Shown: in pieces, positions 18,238 through 28,500 of the stretch
How positions within the stretch are numbered: position 1 is the stretch's first letter
Layout of the letters: each line of letters begins with the position of its first letter
Position numbers and translations under genes: made by a program
Origin: Synechococcus elongatus PCC 6301
Lineage (GTDB): Bacteria; Cyanobacteriota; Cyanobacteriia; Synechococcales; Synechococcaceae
Assembly (NCBI RefSeq): GCF_000010065.1
Contig: NC_006576.1
Span: forward strand, 750,001-782,000
DNA: 32,000 bases
Direction: 5' to 3'
The notes under the pieces: generated by a model
Told to the model about the DNA's origin: nothing
Databases searched by the model: none
The model's input: only the letters and a program-made list of their open reading frames with translations

Positions 18238-20634
18238 CTAGACGGGTTGTTGATCAACTGGAGAAAAGTTAGTTAGCACACCATAAACTGCCCAAATTGC
18301 CATTGGCCGGAGATAGTGGCTAGCGCGAAACGTTGCATTGGCAGTGATCGCTTCCGGCGTACGAAACTGTAAGCCGTTGTCATAAATTTGGCGAATGACC
18401 GTCTCTGTCACTTCAAAACAGCGATCGCGGTGACCTAGCAGCAACCAATAGGCAGCAATGCCAAAGTTAATTCCTGTCCACACTTCCAGCGGGTGCGTAC
18501 CCTTGGGACCTACTGGCGAACCATCTGGCAGCAGGCCATTGGCTAAACCAAATTGACCGCTATGAAACTTCTGGAAGCAAGCCTCATAGACCATATCAGC
18601 TGTGGATTGCGCGGCTTCCAGCGGAGCGACCGGCGGTAACTGCAATAGCCGACTATAAAAGTCACCGCAGAGTTGATCCGCCATCACGACTTGGCTACCG
18701 CTGCCGCTATCGAGTTGGTAATAGCGGCCATTCCAAAGGGTGTCGTGATAGAGCGATCGCGCCTGTGCTAGCCAGGATTGGAAGTCTTGGCGATCGCGGT
18801 CTTCTGCTGACAACTCCAAAACATCAGCGATCGCGAGAGCAGCCTCCAGCGCTGCAATCCAGAGCCCACCGCAGTAGGCACTAATGCCTTGCAAGCGCCA
18901 ATCATCAAAAGTTTGATCCGGCGCACCGCTATTCTCGGGAATGCCATCACCATCCAGATCAAAGTCCTTGAGATAGCGCAGTGCCGCTACGGCAGCTGGC
19001 CAGCAGTCCGACAGGAACCCACGATCGCTCGAACCAGTCAGTTGATAATCACGCCAGACCTGCAGGACAAAATCACAGCCCAAATCCTTCCAAAGGTTGC
19101 AATCTTGATAGCCGGTGTAGTTGGTCTGCAACCATGGCGACTCATTCGGTGCGCCTAAGTCATGGGGCGTCGCATTCGCCAACTTGCGTTTCGCTAGCGG
19201 ACTTTCTTGGCCAATCGTGAACCAGTAGCCAATCACCCGCGTGCGATCGTCAGCTTGGGGAATCGCCCGCGCAAAGGCTCGCATCACCGCTTTTTCTAGC
19301 TCTGGCCAGAGCATCAGCAGCCCAAAAGCGCCGTAGAGCCGCACATCCAAACTCTCGTACCAGGCGTAATCCAGGCATTCCAAAACAGCGAACTGCCCGA
19401 CTGGATCGGCTTCGCTGGCTGCTGTCCACAAACTGCCGCCACTACAGAGGTCATAGAGTTCGTTGAACAGTCCCAGCTTGAAAGTATCGGAGAGGTCATC
19501 GCGATCGAGAATCGGTTGTTGCCAAGCAGCGATCGCCTGTTCCCACTCGTCGTAGTGCTTCAGCCCCGTGGCGGCGATCGCGGCCGCATTACGACCGTCA
19601 CGCCCAAAGAAGTCGGTATAGCGCCGGAAGGCTTTCACACCTGCCGCAAATTCAGTGACCGGCAGGTCCCAAGCGATGCTGAAGGGAATTTCGCGGCTTT
19701 CGCCCGGCTGTAGCGTCAGCCGAACAGCGATCGCACCCGCCAATCGCTCACCCGCTGCTGCCGGCTGAGAATCCTGGCGATCTGGAATTGAGCCATCCAG
19801 CGCAAAGGATTGCCACAACTCCGATCCGTCACCTGTCGGATCCCAGCGATCGCAGCGGAAAATCTCCAGTCCTTCTGCCTCAGCAATGGCGATCGCCCAT
19901 TGCCCATCCCCTTCCTCAGGATCTTGCGATCGCGTTTGATCCAGCAGCAGCCCCTGCCAGCCTTCGCCTGCAATCCGCTGATTGAGATTGCCTACACTCT
20001 GGCCTAACGCGGGAACGTAGTCATAGACAGGGCTACCATCATCCCGGTAGACGACTTCCGGCGCTTTGTTAGTGTTGGTGAACCAGCCACAAAGATTTTC
20101 CCAGCTCAGCAGAATGCTGATCGTCAGGGGGCGATCGCTGGGGTTGTGGAGCTGCCAACGAAAAATTGCGGTCGGATAGCTGGTCGCCTGATAGTCGTGG
20201 GGCAGAATTGGCGAGAACTGGCGGCAGTGAATCTCTGCCTCAAACACCTGCTGATAGCTGAACTGGCTGCGTGGGTAGAGGGCGCTGTATTCTCCGGTCG
20301 ATCGCTCTGCCGTGCTGGCGGGATACCAGTTCCAACTACTGAGGCTGCCATCGCTCGGCGCTTCGGTACTGAGCGCGTAGGCACCCGTGCCACTTTCATA
20401 GACCGCGAACTGACAGGCAGGAATGCTGCCATACCAATGCTCGCCGCCGTCTAAATGCCAGAGCGTGACGTCGCCGCGCGGCGATCGCCCCCAACAACCC
20501 GCACCAAATCCGCCCAGCGGCGCACCATGCCAAGGCCCATCATCCAGATTGCTGGCGTAGCGAACGGTATACGGTTTTTCCCAGCCCAGACCAAGGGGTC
20601 GGCGCCAGGCAGCAGCGGGCAGTTCATAGGTCAT
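18238..20634 (-). CDS. GH116-family glycoside hydrolase (GBA2 / non-lysosomal glucosylceramidase-like)
   Basis: 798 aa with an ATG start. The N-terminus RRPLGLGWEKPYTV...APLGGFGAGCWGRSPRGDVTLWHL is typical of the GBA2 N-terminal domain. It is followed by an (alpha/alpha)6-type catalytic half (...FNELYDL...DVRLYG...ENSGAPDQTFDDW...). Confidence 0.85.
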   Translation of the reverse strand: MTYELPAAAWRRPLGLGWEKPYTVRYASNLDDGPWHGAPLGGFGAGCWGRSPRGDVTLWHLDGGEHWYGSIPACQFAVYESGTGAYALSTEAPSDGSLSSWNWYPASTAERSTGEYSALYPRSQFSYQQVFEAEIHCRQFSPILPHDYQATSYPTAIFRWQLHNPSDRPLTISILLSWENLCGWFTNTNKAPEVVYRDDGSPVYDYVPALGQSVGNLNQRIAGEGWQGLLLDQTRSQDPEEGDGQWAIAIAEAEGLEIFRCDRWDPTGDGSELWQSFALDGSIPDRQDSQPAAAGERLAGAIAVRLTLQPGESREIPFSIAWDLPVTEFAAGVKAFRRYTDFFGRDGRNAAAIAATGLKHYDEWEQAIAAWQQPILDRDDLSDTFKLGLFNELYDLCSGGSLWTAASEADPVGQFAVLECLDYAWYESLDVRLYGAFGLLMLWPELEKAVMRAFARAIPQADDRTRVIGYWFTIGQESPLAKRKLANATPHDLGAPNESPWLQTNYTGYQDCNLWKDLGCDFVLQVWRDYQLTGSSDRGFLSDCWPAAVAALRYLKDFDLDGDGIPENSGAPDQTFDDWRLQGISAYCGGLWIAALEAALAIADVLELSAEDRDRQDFQSWLAQARSLYHDTLWNGRYYQLDSGSGSQVVMADQLCGDFYSRLLQLPPVAPLEAAQSTADMVYEACFQKFHSGQFGLANGLLPDGSPVGPKGTHPLEVWTGINFGIAAYWLLLGHRDRCFEVTETVIRQIYDNGLQFRTPEAITANATFRASHYLRPMAIWAVYGVLTNFSPVDQQPV

Positions 20635-20761
20635 GGCCGCTATTGTTGCAGGGCGATCGCGATCGCCTCAAGCCGATCAGCAGCTGAATTGGCAGATGTT
20701 CTCCAGCAGTCTGCTTCAGCCAGTGATCGGTACTTGTACTGGATCGCGATCGCGACTGGCC

Positions 20762-21997
20762 CTAGGCCAAGCCAGCGCTGCGAATCCGCTGCATGGCCGT
20801 CACCACGTTTTCGCGGCTGTTGAACGCCGAAATGCGGAAGTAGCCTTCGCCTGCCGCACCAAAGCCTGAACCGGGCGTGCCGACGACATTACAGACCTGC
20901 AGCAACTTATCGAAGAAGTCCCAGCTCGTCAGCCCCGCCGGTGTTTTCACCCAAACGTAGGGCGCATTGACGCCCCCATGCACGTCCAGCCCTGCTGCTG
21001 TCAGCTCTTCGCGGATGATGCGAGCATTTTCGAGGTAGAAAGCCACCAGCTCCTTAATTTGGGCTTGCCCTTCTGCTGAATAGACTGCTTCAGCACCGCG
21101 CTGAACGATGTAGGAAACGCCATTGAACTTGGTTGATTGGCGGCGATTCCACAGCCCCCACAGTTCGACTTCGCTGCCATCAGCAGCTTTGCCTTTCAAG
21201 CCTTTGGGAACGACAGTGAAAGCGCAACGGGTGCCGGTAAAGCCCGCATTTTTGGAGAAGGATCGGAACTCGATCGCGCAATCCCGTGCGCCGGGAATTT
21301 CAAAAATTGAGTGGGGAATGGCCGGATCGGTAATGAATGCCTCGTAGGCTGCATCGAAGAGAATGATGGCTCCGTTGGCGCGGGCGTAATCGACCCAGGC
21401 TTGCAGATACTCACGGCTGGCAACTGCACCCGTTGGGTTGTTGGGGAAACACAGATAAATCAGGTCAACTTTTTCGCTGGGAATTTCAGCCGTGAAGTTG
21501 TTTTCAGCACTGATCGGCAGATAGACTAAGCCGTCATATTCGCCGCGATCGTTGGCGTCACCCGTGTGCCCTGCCATGACGTTCGTATCGACATAGACCG
21601 GATAGACCGGATCGGTGACGGCGATACGGTTGTTGTTGCCAAAGATGTCGAGAATGTTGCCACAGTCGCACTTGGAGCCATCGGAGATAAAGATTTCCGA
21701 GGCATCAACCTCGCAGCCCCGCGATTGGAAATCATGGGCGGCAATCTTCTCACGCAGCCAAGCATAGCCCTGCTCAGGGCCATAGCCCTTAAAGTTCTCA
21801 CGCTGGCCCATGTCTTCGACAGCCTGAATCATCGCTTGCCGACAGGCAACCGGCAGAGGCTCAGTCACATCGCCAATGCCCAGACGGATGATGGCTGCCT
21901 CGGGGTTACTTTGGGCAAAAGCATTGACGCGCCGTGCAATCTCGGGGAAGAGATAGCCCGCTTTGAGCTTCAGGTAATTGTCGTTAATGGTCGCCAT
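20762..21997 (-). CDS. dapL: LL-diaminopimelate aminotransferase
   Basis: From ATG 21995-21997 the protein reads [27 protein letters not shown]...[13 protein letters not shown]...[14 protein letters not shown] (the PLP-lysine region), which is the DapL signature. The track ORF extends 35 codons further upstream to 22102, and that extension is probably non-coding. Confidence 0.9.
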   Translation of the reverse strand: MATINDNYLKLKAGYLFPEIARRVNAFAQSNPEAAIIRLGIGDVTEPLPVACRQAMIQAVEDMGQRENFKGYGPEQGYAWLREKIAAHDFQSRGCEVDASEIFISDGSKCDCGNILDIFGNNNRIAVTDPVYPVYVDTNVMAGHTGDANDRGEYDGLVYLPISAENNFTAEIPSEKVDLIYLCFPNNPTGAVASREYLQAWVDYARANGAIILFDAAYEAFITDPAIPHSIFEIPGARDCAIEFRSFSKNAGFTGTRCAFTVVPKGLKGKAADGSEVELWGLWNRRQSTKFNGVSYIVQRGAEAVYSAEGQAQIKELVAFYLENARIIREELTAAGLDVHGGVNAPYVWVKTPAGLTSWDFFDKLLQVCNVVGTPGSGFGAAGEGYFRISAFNSRENVVTAMQRIRSAGLA

Positions 21998-22142
21998 GGC
22001 ACTCCAGAGAATTCGCCGAGCAGCAATCTCGTAGTGTATCGGGTTTATCGCGATCGCCTCGCCAGCCGTAAGGCGAGACACTGAGGGCTCTTGTCGGCCC
22101 ATCTCGGTTTGATGCGATCGCCCAAGACAAAAATATTGGTGT

Positions 22143-22469
22143 GGTTTTCGAGATCGCCCTCAGTTGCAAATCAACCCACCACAGTAGCGTCAGTCCAAGA
22201 TCGAATGCTGTCTGTTCACACCTAAAAGCGTTGACTTGTTCCCCAAGCTTTAAGCGACTCCAGTAGGAGAAATAGCCATAGACCATTTGCCACCCTGGAA
22301 AGCCATGGGGTAGAGCTCGCCACTGGATGCCGTCATCCGCGATCGACATCTGGGCACTGACAACTTCTCGGATGTCTACCGCACGGGGAGAGCTGCTGGG
22401 ATGTGCTGGCGGCAAGATAGGGTTGACGAGCCATCGCCTCAGCACAGGCAACATCCCCATCGCAGCCAA
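22143..22469 (-). pseudogene. Degenerate N-terminal remnant of an IS4/IS5-superfamily transposase (DUF4096-like)
   Basis: The track ORF 21984..22469 contains WLVNPILPPAHPSSSPRAVDIREVVSAQMSIADDGIQWRALPHGFPGWQMVYGYFSYWSRLKLGEQV...AISKTT. This mirrors the conserved pattern W..I.PLLP...GRPR.vdlRei.nAI.Y....G.qWR.LP.dFP.W.tVY.YF..W...G.W...DSQSVKTT. No DDE catalytic domain follows, because dapL begins about 150 nt downstream. The right limit is approximate. Confidence 0.45.
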
Positions 22470-22608
22470 TCCCCTAGCCCAATCTCATCGTCTCGACCTT
22501 TCCTGTGAAACGGCTTCTTAATTGAGTGAGATTGCAATTTACTCTGGCTAATTCATTGCAGCAAGCCCGTAGTCCGTGCGATCGCGGGCAGGTTGTGGGC
22601 TTAGCTTC

Positions 22609-23667
22609 CTATGGCAGACCAATCAACGTGCCATCACCTGTCACTACTTCACCTAAGGTCCAAGCGGTTTGCCCTTGTGCTTTGAAGAACTTGAGAGCTT
22701 GAGTCTCAGCCGCAGCAGGGACAATCACCACCAAGCCGACGCCCATATTAAAGGTGTTGAACATTTCAGAGTCAGCAATATTTCCCTGCTTCGCCAGCCA
22801 CCGGAACACCGTCGGCCACTTCCAGCTCTCTAAATCGATCGCCACGGTCTGATTGGGGCCTAGGCAACGCGGCAGATTTTCAGGCAAGCCTCCCCCGGTG
22901 ATGTGCGCCATGCCGTGAATGGGGATTTTCTGGGCTTTGGCAGCCAGGATGGGTTTGACGTAGAGGCGGGTTGGAGTCAGAAAAACATCCCCTAGGGACT
23001 GGCCTTCAAAAATGGTTTGAGACGACGTCCAATCTAAGCCACTGTTAGCCACCACTTTGCGCACGAGGCTGTAGCCGTTGCTGTGGACCCCTGAGCTCGC
23101 GAGAGCGATCGCTACATCTCCCAACTGAACTTGGCTACCGTCTAACAGCTCTGATTTCTCAGCAATGCCCACGGCAAACCCCGCCACGTCATACTCGCCA
23201 GCTTCGTAGAAGCCCGGCATCTCGGCGGTTTCGCCCCCGAGCAGTGCACAGCCCGATTCCCGACAACCAGCAGCAATACCTTGCACCACGGCGGTCAGTT
23301 GTTCGCGATCGAGACGTCCCGTCGCCAAATAATCCAAGAAGTAGAGCGGTTCGGCCCCTGCCGTCAGAATGTCATTGACACACATGGCAACCAAGTCGAT
23401 GCCGATGCTGTCGTGGCGACCGACTTGATGGGCAATTTTCAGCTTCGTACCAACACCATCCGTGCCTGAGACCAACACGGGCTGCCGATAGCCGCTAGGC
23501 AGCTCAAAAAAGCCGCCAAAGCCACCCAGTCCCCCCAACACTCCAGGCCGCCGAGTGCTCTCGACTAGGCTGCGAATATCCCCGACAAAAGCCCGCCCAG
23601 CTTCGATATCTACACCAGCTTCGCGGTAGTTCATGTCCGGTTTGGGCTCCAGGGGGAAAACCGTCAT
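22609..23667 (-). CDS. purM: Phosphoribosylformylglycinamidine cyclo-ligase (AIR synthetase)
   Basis: 352 aa. Matches include [42 protein letters not shown] and AHITGGG, which are classic PurM motifs. An alternative ATG at 23632-23634 would remove 11 residues. Confidence 0.92.
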   Translation of the reverse strand: MTVFPLEPKPDMNYREAGVDIEAGRAFVGDIRSLVESTRRPGVLGGLGGFGGFFELPSGYRQPVLVSGTDGVGTKLKIAHQVGRHDSIGIDLVAMCVNDILTAGAEPLYFLDYLATGRLDREQLTAVVQGIAAGCRESGCALLGGETAEMPGFYEAGEYDVAGFAVGIAEKSELLDGSQVQLGDVAIALASSGVHSNGYSLVRKVVANSGLDWTSSQTIFEGQSLGDVFLTPTRLYVKPILAAKAQKIPIHGMAHITGGGLPENLPRCLGPNQTVAIDLESWKWPTVFRWLAKQGNIADSEMFNTFNMGVGLVVIVPAAAETQALKFFKAQGQTAWTLGEVVTGDGTLIGLP

Positions 23668-23823
23668 TGTACCGGCTGAGCCCGGTCAACTTGTCTGGAA
23701 CGGGTGAGCAAGCTCAGCCTTCTTAGGGGCGATCGCCAGCGCTGCATCTAGAACCTGTGAATCTCTCTCCTGTCTTACTCAGGAAGTTTACATTTTGTAA
23801 TCTTTTTTGCTGAGCTGAAATCT

Positions 23824-23885
23824 TCCACAGTCTCTCCACAGTCGGTGGCGCACTTTCCACAATCCCCCCTCCTGGTTTTCCACAG
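23824..23885. promoter_or_regulatory. Four phased direct repeats of TCCACA(G/A) in the purM / DUF2811-hemJ divergent intergenic region; candidate transcription-factor site array
   Basis: TCCACAG occurs at 23824-23830, 23835-23841 and 23879-23885, and TCCACAA at 23856-23862. The offsets are 11, 21 and 23 nt. The first two copies are a perfect 9-mer, TCCACAGTC. Confidence 0.3.
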
Positions 23886-24187
23886 GGCGATCGCGCTAAT
23901 CCTAGAAGCTTGGCTGTTTCTGGGGAAAACTTGGGTCACCGGTTCATCGTGGATCCAAATTGCGGCTGGCTCGCTAGCGGGCTCAACAAAGCGGCAAGAA
24001 CACTGCATTCTTGGCCGTTGCTCTCAAGTGAGTCTCAGCAAAGTCCCCATCTGGATAGGAGATTGACAAGCCCTAGGCCCCCTGCCGCACAATGATGCGA
24101 CCTAAGCCCTGGTGGCCTCGGCGTTGATCCCTAGCGATCGCCTCCGGGTTTTTTTGGGCTGTCCACTCGCTGCCTTGGAGACGCTCT

Positions 24188-24388
24188 ATGCCCGCAACCG
24201 TCAGCATCCTTGCTGAAATTCCCGAGGAGCTGCACGACTCACTCAAGGCCTATCTGGAAGGGCATCCGGATTGGGATCAAGATCGTGTTTTTACTGCAGC
24301 CCTGTCGCTGTTTCTGTTGCAGAACACGGGCAGCGATCGCCGCGCCGCTCGGGTTTATTTGGATTCGTTGTTTCGTCAAGCCGTGTAA
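24188..24388 (+). CDS. Small conserved cyanobacterial protein, DUF2811-like
   Basis: 66 aa with an ATG start. The sequence is MPATVSILAEIPEELHDSLKAYLEGHPDWDQDRVFTAALSLFLLQN. It lies directly upstream of hemJ on the same strand. The family assignment is from memory of this motif. Confidence 0.6.
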   Translation: MPATVSILAEIPEELHDSLKAYLEGHPDWDQDRVFTAALSLFLLQNTGSDRRAARVYLDSLFRQAV

Positions 24389-24457
24389 CTGAAGGGCCGA
24401 TCGCGGCTCAATCAACGGCTAGATTAGGAAACGTTGCGCTCTCTTGAGGCCGATCGC

Positions 24458-25045
24458 GTGGCCTACTACTGGTTCAAGGCATTTCACATCGTTGGTGTTG
24501 TGGTCTGGTTCGCCGGGTTGTTTTATCTGGTGCGCCTGTTCATCTACCACGTCGAAGCAAACGACAAGCCAGAACCGGCACGGACCATTCTGCAAGAGCA
24601 GTATGGCCTTATGGAGAAACGCCTGCTCAACATCATCACCACCCCCGGCATGCTGGTAACGGTCAGTATGGCGATCGCCCTACTCGTCACCCAGCCGGAC
24701 TACCTGCATCAGGGCTGGATGCACGCCAAATTAGCCTTTGTAGCCGTATTGCTGGGCTATCACCACTACTGCGCTCGTCTGCTCAAGAAACTCCAAGCTG
24801 GCACCTGCCAATGGACCGGTCAGCAGCTACGTGCCCTCAATGAAGCGCCAACATTGTTGCTGGTGCTGATTGTCATGTTGGTGATTTTCAAAAACCAATT
24901 CCCCACCAGCGCTTCCGTTTGGCTGATCGTGGGTTTAGTGGTCACGATGCTGGCGACGATTCAACTCTACGCCCGCAAGCGTCGTCTCGATCGCGAACGG
25001 CAAGAAGCAGCCGCTTCTCTGGAAGCAGCGCCCACCCAGTCCTAA
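24458..25045 (+). CDS. hemJ: Protoporphyrinogen IX oxidase, HemJ type (UPF0093 membrane protein)
   Basis: The track ORF starts at TTG 24434. GTG 24458-24460 gives (M)AYYWFKAFHIVGVVVWFAGLFYLVRLFIYH, the typical HemJ N-terminus. Four further hydrophobic spans follow. Confidence 0.85.
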   Translation: MAYYWFKAFHIVGVVVWFAGLFYLVRLFIYHVEANDKPEPARTILQEQYGLMEKRLLNIITTPGMLVTVSMAIALLVTQPDYLHQGWMHAKLAFVAVLLGYHHYCARLLKKLQAGTCQWTGQQLRALNEAPTLLLVLIVMLVIFKNQFPTSASVWLIVGLVVTMLATIQLYARKRRLDRERQEAAASLEAAPTQS

Positions 25046-25068
25046 GCTGGGCCATACCTAAAAAAGAG

Positions 25069-25131
25069 CTCACTGCAACTGACGCTGGCTTCCTTGGCCA
25101 ATCAATCACTTCAGTCGCAGTGAGTTTTTTG
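25069..25131. terminator. Candidate bidirectional intrinsic terminator between convergent hemJ and a small minus-strand ORF
   Basis: The left arm is CTCACTGCAACTGA (25069-25082) and the right arm is TCAGTCGCAGTGAG (25111-25124). That gives 13 of 14 complementary positions with a 28-nt loop. An upstream A-run (25060-25065) and a downstream T-run (25125-25130) flank the stem. Confidence 0.45.
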
Positions 25132-25231
25132 TTGGACAGTCTTGAACCCAAGCCTACAAGCGTCTGAGAACAGCCCAGTCAATCGCTAATCGCGAAACTG
25201 GGGCAGACTTGGCACTTAACCTTGCAAACGA

Positions 25232-25393
25232 CTAAGCGATGACGGTCGACTGCGGACGGGTACGAGCGCGGAGTTTACGGATGCCGTAGGGTTCAGGACG
25301 GCTCTGCTGTAGCTCGCGTTTGAGCTGTTTAAGCAGGGTGCGATGACGTTGTGATGGGAAAAAATCGAACTTGAGATCTGGGTTCCAATCCAT
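25232..25393 (-). CDS. Possible small basic protein of 53 aa
   Basis: Hand-translated ORF below the track cutoff: ATG 25391-25393 to TAG 25232-25234. The sequence is MDWNPDLKFDFFPSQRHRTLLKQLKRELQQSRPEPYGIRKLRARTRPQSTVIA. It is convergent on the 25069-25131 hairpin and divergent from uvrA. It competes with the GTG-initiated 71-aa track ORF 25216..25431 in another frame. Confidence 0.3.
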   Translation of the reverse strand: MDWNPDLKFDFFPSQRHRTLLKQLKRELQQSRPEPYGIRKLRARTRPQSTVIA

Positions 25394-25519
25394 GCAAAAA
25401 GCTGAGAAACAAAGCGCCTGACAACAGGCACCCCAACTTTAGCGCAGGGGCCAAGGCCGCGACCGAGCCAGCCTAGAGGTAAGCGATAGAATCATCTAGA
25501 TTTTTGCTGCTGCTTTCCC

Positions 25520-28500
25520 ATGCCCAAGCGCGCTTCTGTTGAGCCTTCATCTGATCTGGCTCATCGTAATGGCGATCGTCCAGCAGCGGAGACGGATCAA
25601 ATTCGGGTACGGGGAGCCCGCCAGCATAATCTCCAAAACCTCGATCTCGACTTACCCCGTAACCAGCTGATCGTATTCACGGGGGTGAGTGGCTCTGGCA
25701 AGTCGTCCTTGGCCTTCGACACGATTTTTGCCGAGGGACAACGCCGCTACGTTGAGTCCCTATCGGCATACGCCCGTCAGTTCCTCGGTCAAGTCGATAA
25801 GCCCGATGTTGACGCGATCGAGGGTTTGAGTCCTGCTATTTCAATCGACCAAAAGTCGACTTCTCACAATCCCCGCTCGACGGTGGGCACCGTCACCGAA
25901 ATCTACGATTATCTGCGCTTGCTCTTTGGGCGAGCGGGTGCTCCCCACTGCCCTCACTGCGATCGCTCGATCGCCCCGCAAACCATTGATCAAATGGTCG
26001 ATCGCCTGGCAGAACTGCCTGATCGCAGCCGCTTTCAAATTCTGGCGCCGGTGGTACGCGGCAAAAAAGGAACCCATAAAAAGTTGCTTTCCAGTCTGGC
26101 AGCAGAAGGCTTTGTACGGGTGCGGATCAACGGCGAAGTGCGAGAACTGAGCGACAGCATTGAGCTGGATAAAAATCATGCTCACACAATTGAAATTGTG
26201 GTCGATCGCCTCGTTCAAAAGGCCGGCATCCAAGAGCGACTGGTGGATTCCCTGACGACCTGTTTGCGCCGATCTGAAGGAATTGCGGTGATCGATGTCC
26301 TGCCGGGCGATCGCGGTAACGTCATCACCCTGCCGGTTGAGCACCATTCCAGCCGAGCCGCTGATACGGGCGCTGAATACAATCGAGAGCCCCAGGGCTA
26401 TGAACTGGTGTTCTCCGAAAACTTTGCCTGCCCAGAGCATGGCGCGGTCATGGAGGAGCTATCGCCACGCCTCTTTTCCTTTAACTCGCCCTACGGGGCC
26501 TGCTCCCATTGCCATGGCTTGGGCACCCTGCGCACCTTTTCACCAGAGTTGGTGGTTCCTGATCCCAACCTGCCGGTCTACGCGGCGATCGCGCCTTGGT
26601 CCGAGAAAGATCACAGCTACTACTTCAATCTCCTCTGTGGTGTGGCTGAAGTCAGTGGCTTTGAAATCAGCGATCGCTGGCAGGATCTGACGCCTGATCA
26701 GCAGCATGCGATTCTCTTCGGCAGTAGTGAGCCGATCGCCGTCGAAACCGACTCGCGCTTCCGCGATCGCCATCTCTACCACCGCCCCTTCGAAGGTGTC
26801 ATCCCCATCTTGGAGCGGCAGTATCGAGAGACCAGCTCGGAAGTCTACAAACAAAAGCTCGAGAAATATTTAGTCGACCAAACCTGCGAAGTCTGCCACG
26901 GCCTGCGCCTCAAGCCCGAATCGTTGGCGGTACGCATGGGACCCTACCGCATCACCGACCTAACCAGTGTCTCGGTGCGGGAATGTCTGAACAAAATTGA
27001 GGCCCTGATCGGCAGCGACAATCGCGAACCGCTGTTGACTGCCCGCCAAATGCAGATTGGCGATCTGGTACTGCGGGAAATTCAAGCGCGCCTGCGCTTC
27101 CTGCTCGATGTTGGCTTGGACTATCTCACCCTCGATCGCCCAGCGATGACCCTCTCCGGCGGTGAAGCCCAGCGGATTCGCTTGGCGACCCAAATTGGCG
27201 CGGGGCTGACTGGCGTGCTCTACGTTTTGGATGAACCGAGTATTGGTCTCCACCAACGCGATAACGATCGCCTGCTCAACACCTTGATTCGCCTGCGCGA
27301 TCTCGGTAACACCCTAATCGTGGTCGAGCACGATGAAGATACGATTCGCGCTGCTGATCACCTCGTGGATATTGGCCCCGGTGCTGGTGTTCACGGCGGC
27401 CGCATTGTGGCTCAAGGGAACTTGAACCAGTTATTGACGGCTGAAGAGTCTCTCACAGGGGCCTATCTCTCGGGTCGGCGGCGCATTGCTACGCCTGACA
27501 GCCGTCGCGCTGGGAATGGCCGTCGTCTGCTTCTCCAAGGTGCGAACCGCAACAACCTCCAAAATCTGGATGTAGAAATCCCCCTCGGCAAGCTCGTCTG
27601 TATCACCGGTGTCAGCGGGTCGGGTAAGTCGACGCTGATCAACGAACTCTTGCATCCGGCCTTGGAACATAGTTTGGGGCTCAAGGTCCCGTTTCCCAAA
27701 GGCCTGGCAGTGCTGAAAGGGACGAAAGCAATCGACAAAGTGATTGTGATCGATCAGTCACCCATTGGTCGTACACCGCGATCGAATCCTGCCACCTATA
27801 CGGGGGCATTTGACCCCATCCGGCAGGTATTTGCAGCGACCACGGAAGCCAAAGCCCGTGGCTATCAACCTGGGCAATTCTCGTTCAACGTCAAAGGCGG
27901 CCGCTGCGAAGCCTGTGGCGGGCAGGGCGTCAACGTGATTGAGATGAACTTCCTGCCCGATGTCTACGTCCAGTGTGATGTCTGCAAAGGCGCTCGCTAT
28001 AACCGCGAGACGTTACAGGTCAAGTACAAGGGCAAAACGATCGCGGACGTCCTGAACATGACCGTTGAAGAAGCGGCACAGTTCTTCGAGAACATTCCCC
28101 AAGCCAGTAGCCGTCTCCAAACCTTGGTTGATGTCGGCCTCGGCTATGTTCGCCTAGGGCAACCGGCACCCACCCTCTCAGGCGGTGAGGCTCAGCGTGT
28201 CAAGCTAGCGACGGAACTAGCCCGACGAGCAACCGGTAAGACGCTCTATCTCATTGATGAGCCGACGACTGGTCTCTCTTTCTACGATGTCCACAAGCTG
28301 CTAGACGTAATGCAGCGTTTAGTCGATAAAGGCAATTCGATTGTGGTGATTGAACACAACTTAGATGTGATCCGTTGTGCTGACTGGATTATCGACCTCG
28401 GGCCTGAAGGCGGCGATCGCGGCGGCGAAATCGTTGTTTGCGGCGAGCCAGAGATCGTAGCAACCCACAATCAATCTCACACAGGCCGCTATCTGGCCCA

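Noticed and set aside
17533-18276. Plus-strand ORFs in the pixG upstream gap, including 17949..18149, which encodes a Cys-containing acidic 66-mer ending DYSFCTT. I considered it as a possible small protein or peptide precursor.
   Set aside because: There is no ribosome-binding site and no partner modification or export gene. Its orientation opposes both neighbours, and its composition is consistent with random ORFs. I kept it only as part of the gap finding.
21998-22102. A 35-codon N-terminal extension of the dapL track ORF ([35 protein letters not shown]).
   Set aside because: The DapL family N-terminus begins at [20 protein letters not shown], which here follows ATG 21997. The extension has no family counterpart and overlaps the decayed transposase frame region.
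23788-23800. TTACA-N3-TGTAA palindrome, or an HLR1-like half-site (GTTTACATT), upstream of purM.
   Set aside because: Only one half-site matches the RpaB HLR1 consensus, and the second repeat matches about 5 of 8 positions. Short AT-rich palindromes are expected by chance in a 500-nt spacer.
24149-24155. A T7 run just upstream of the DUF2811 ATG, considered as an intrinsic terminator of an upstream sRNA. A perfect TTGACA lies at about 24063-24068.
   Set aside because: I could not find a convincing GC-rich stem preceding the T-run. I also found no acceptable -10 element at 16-18 nt from the TTGACA.
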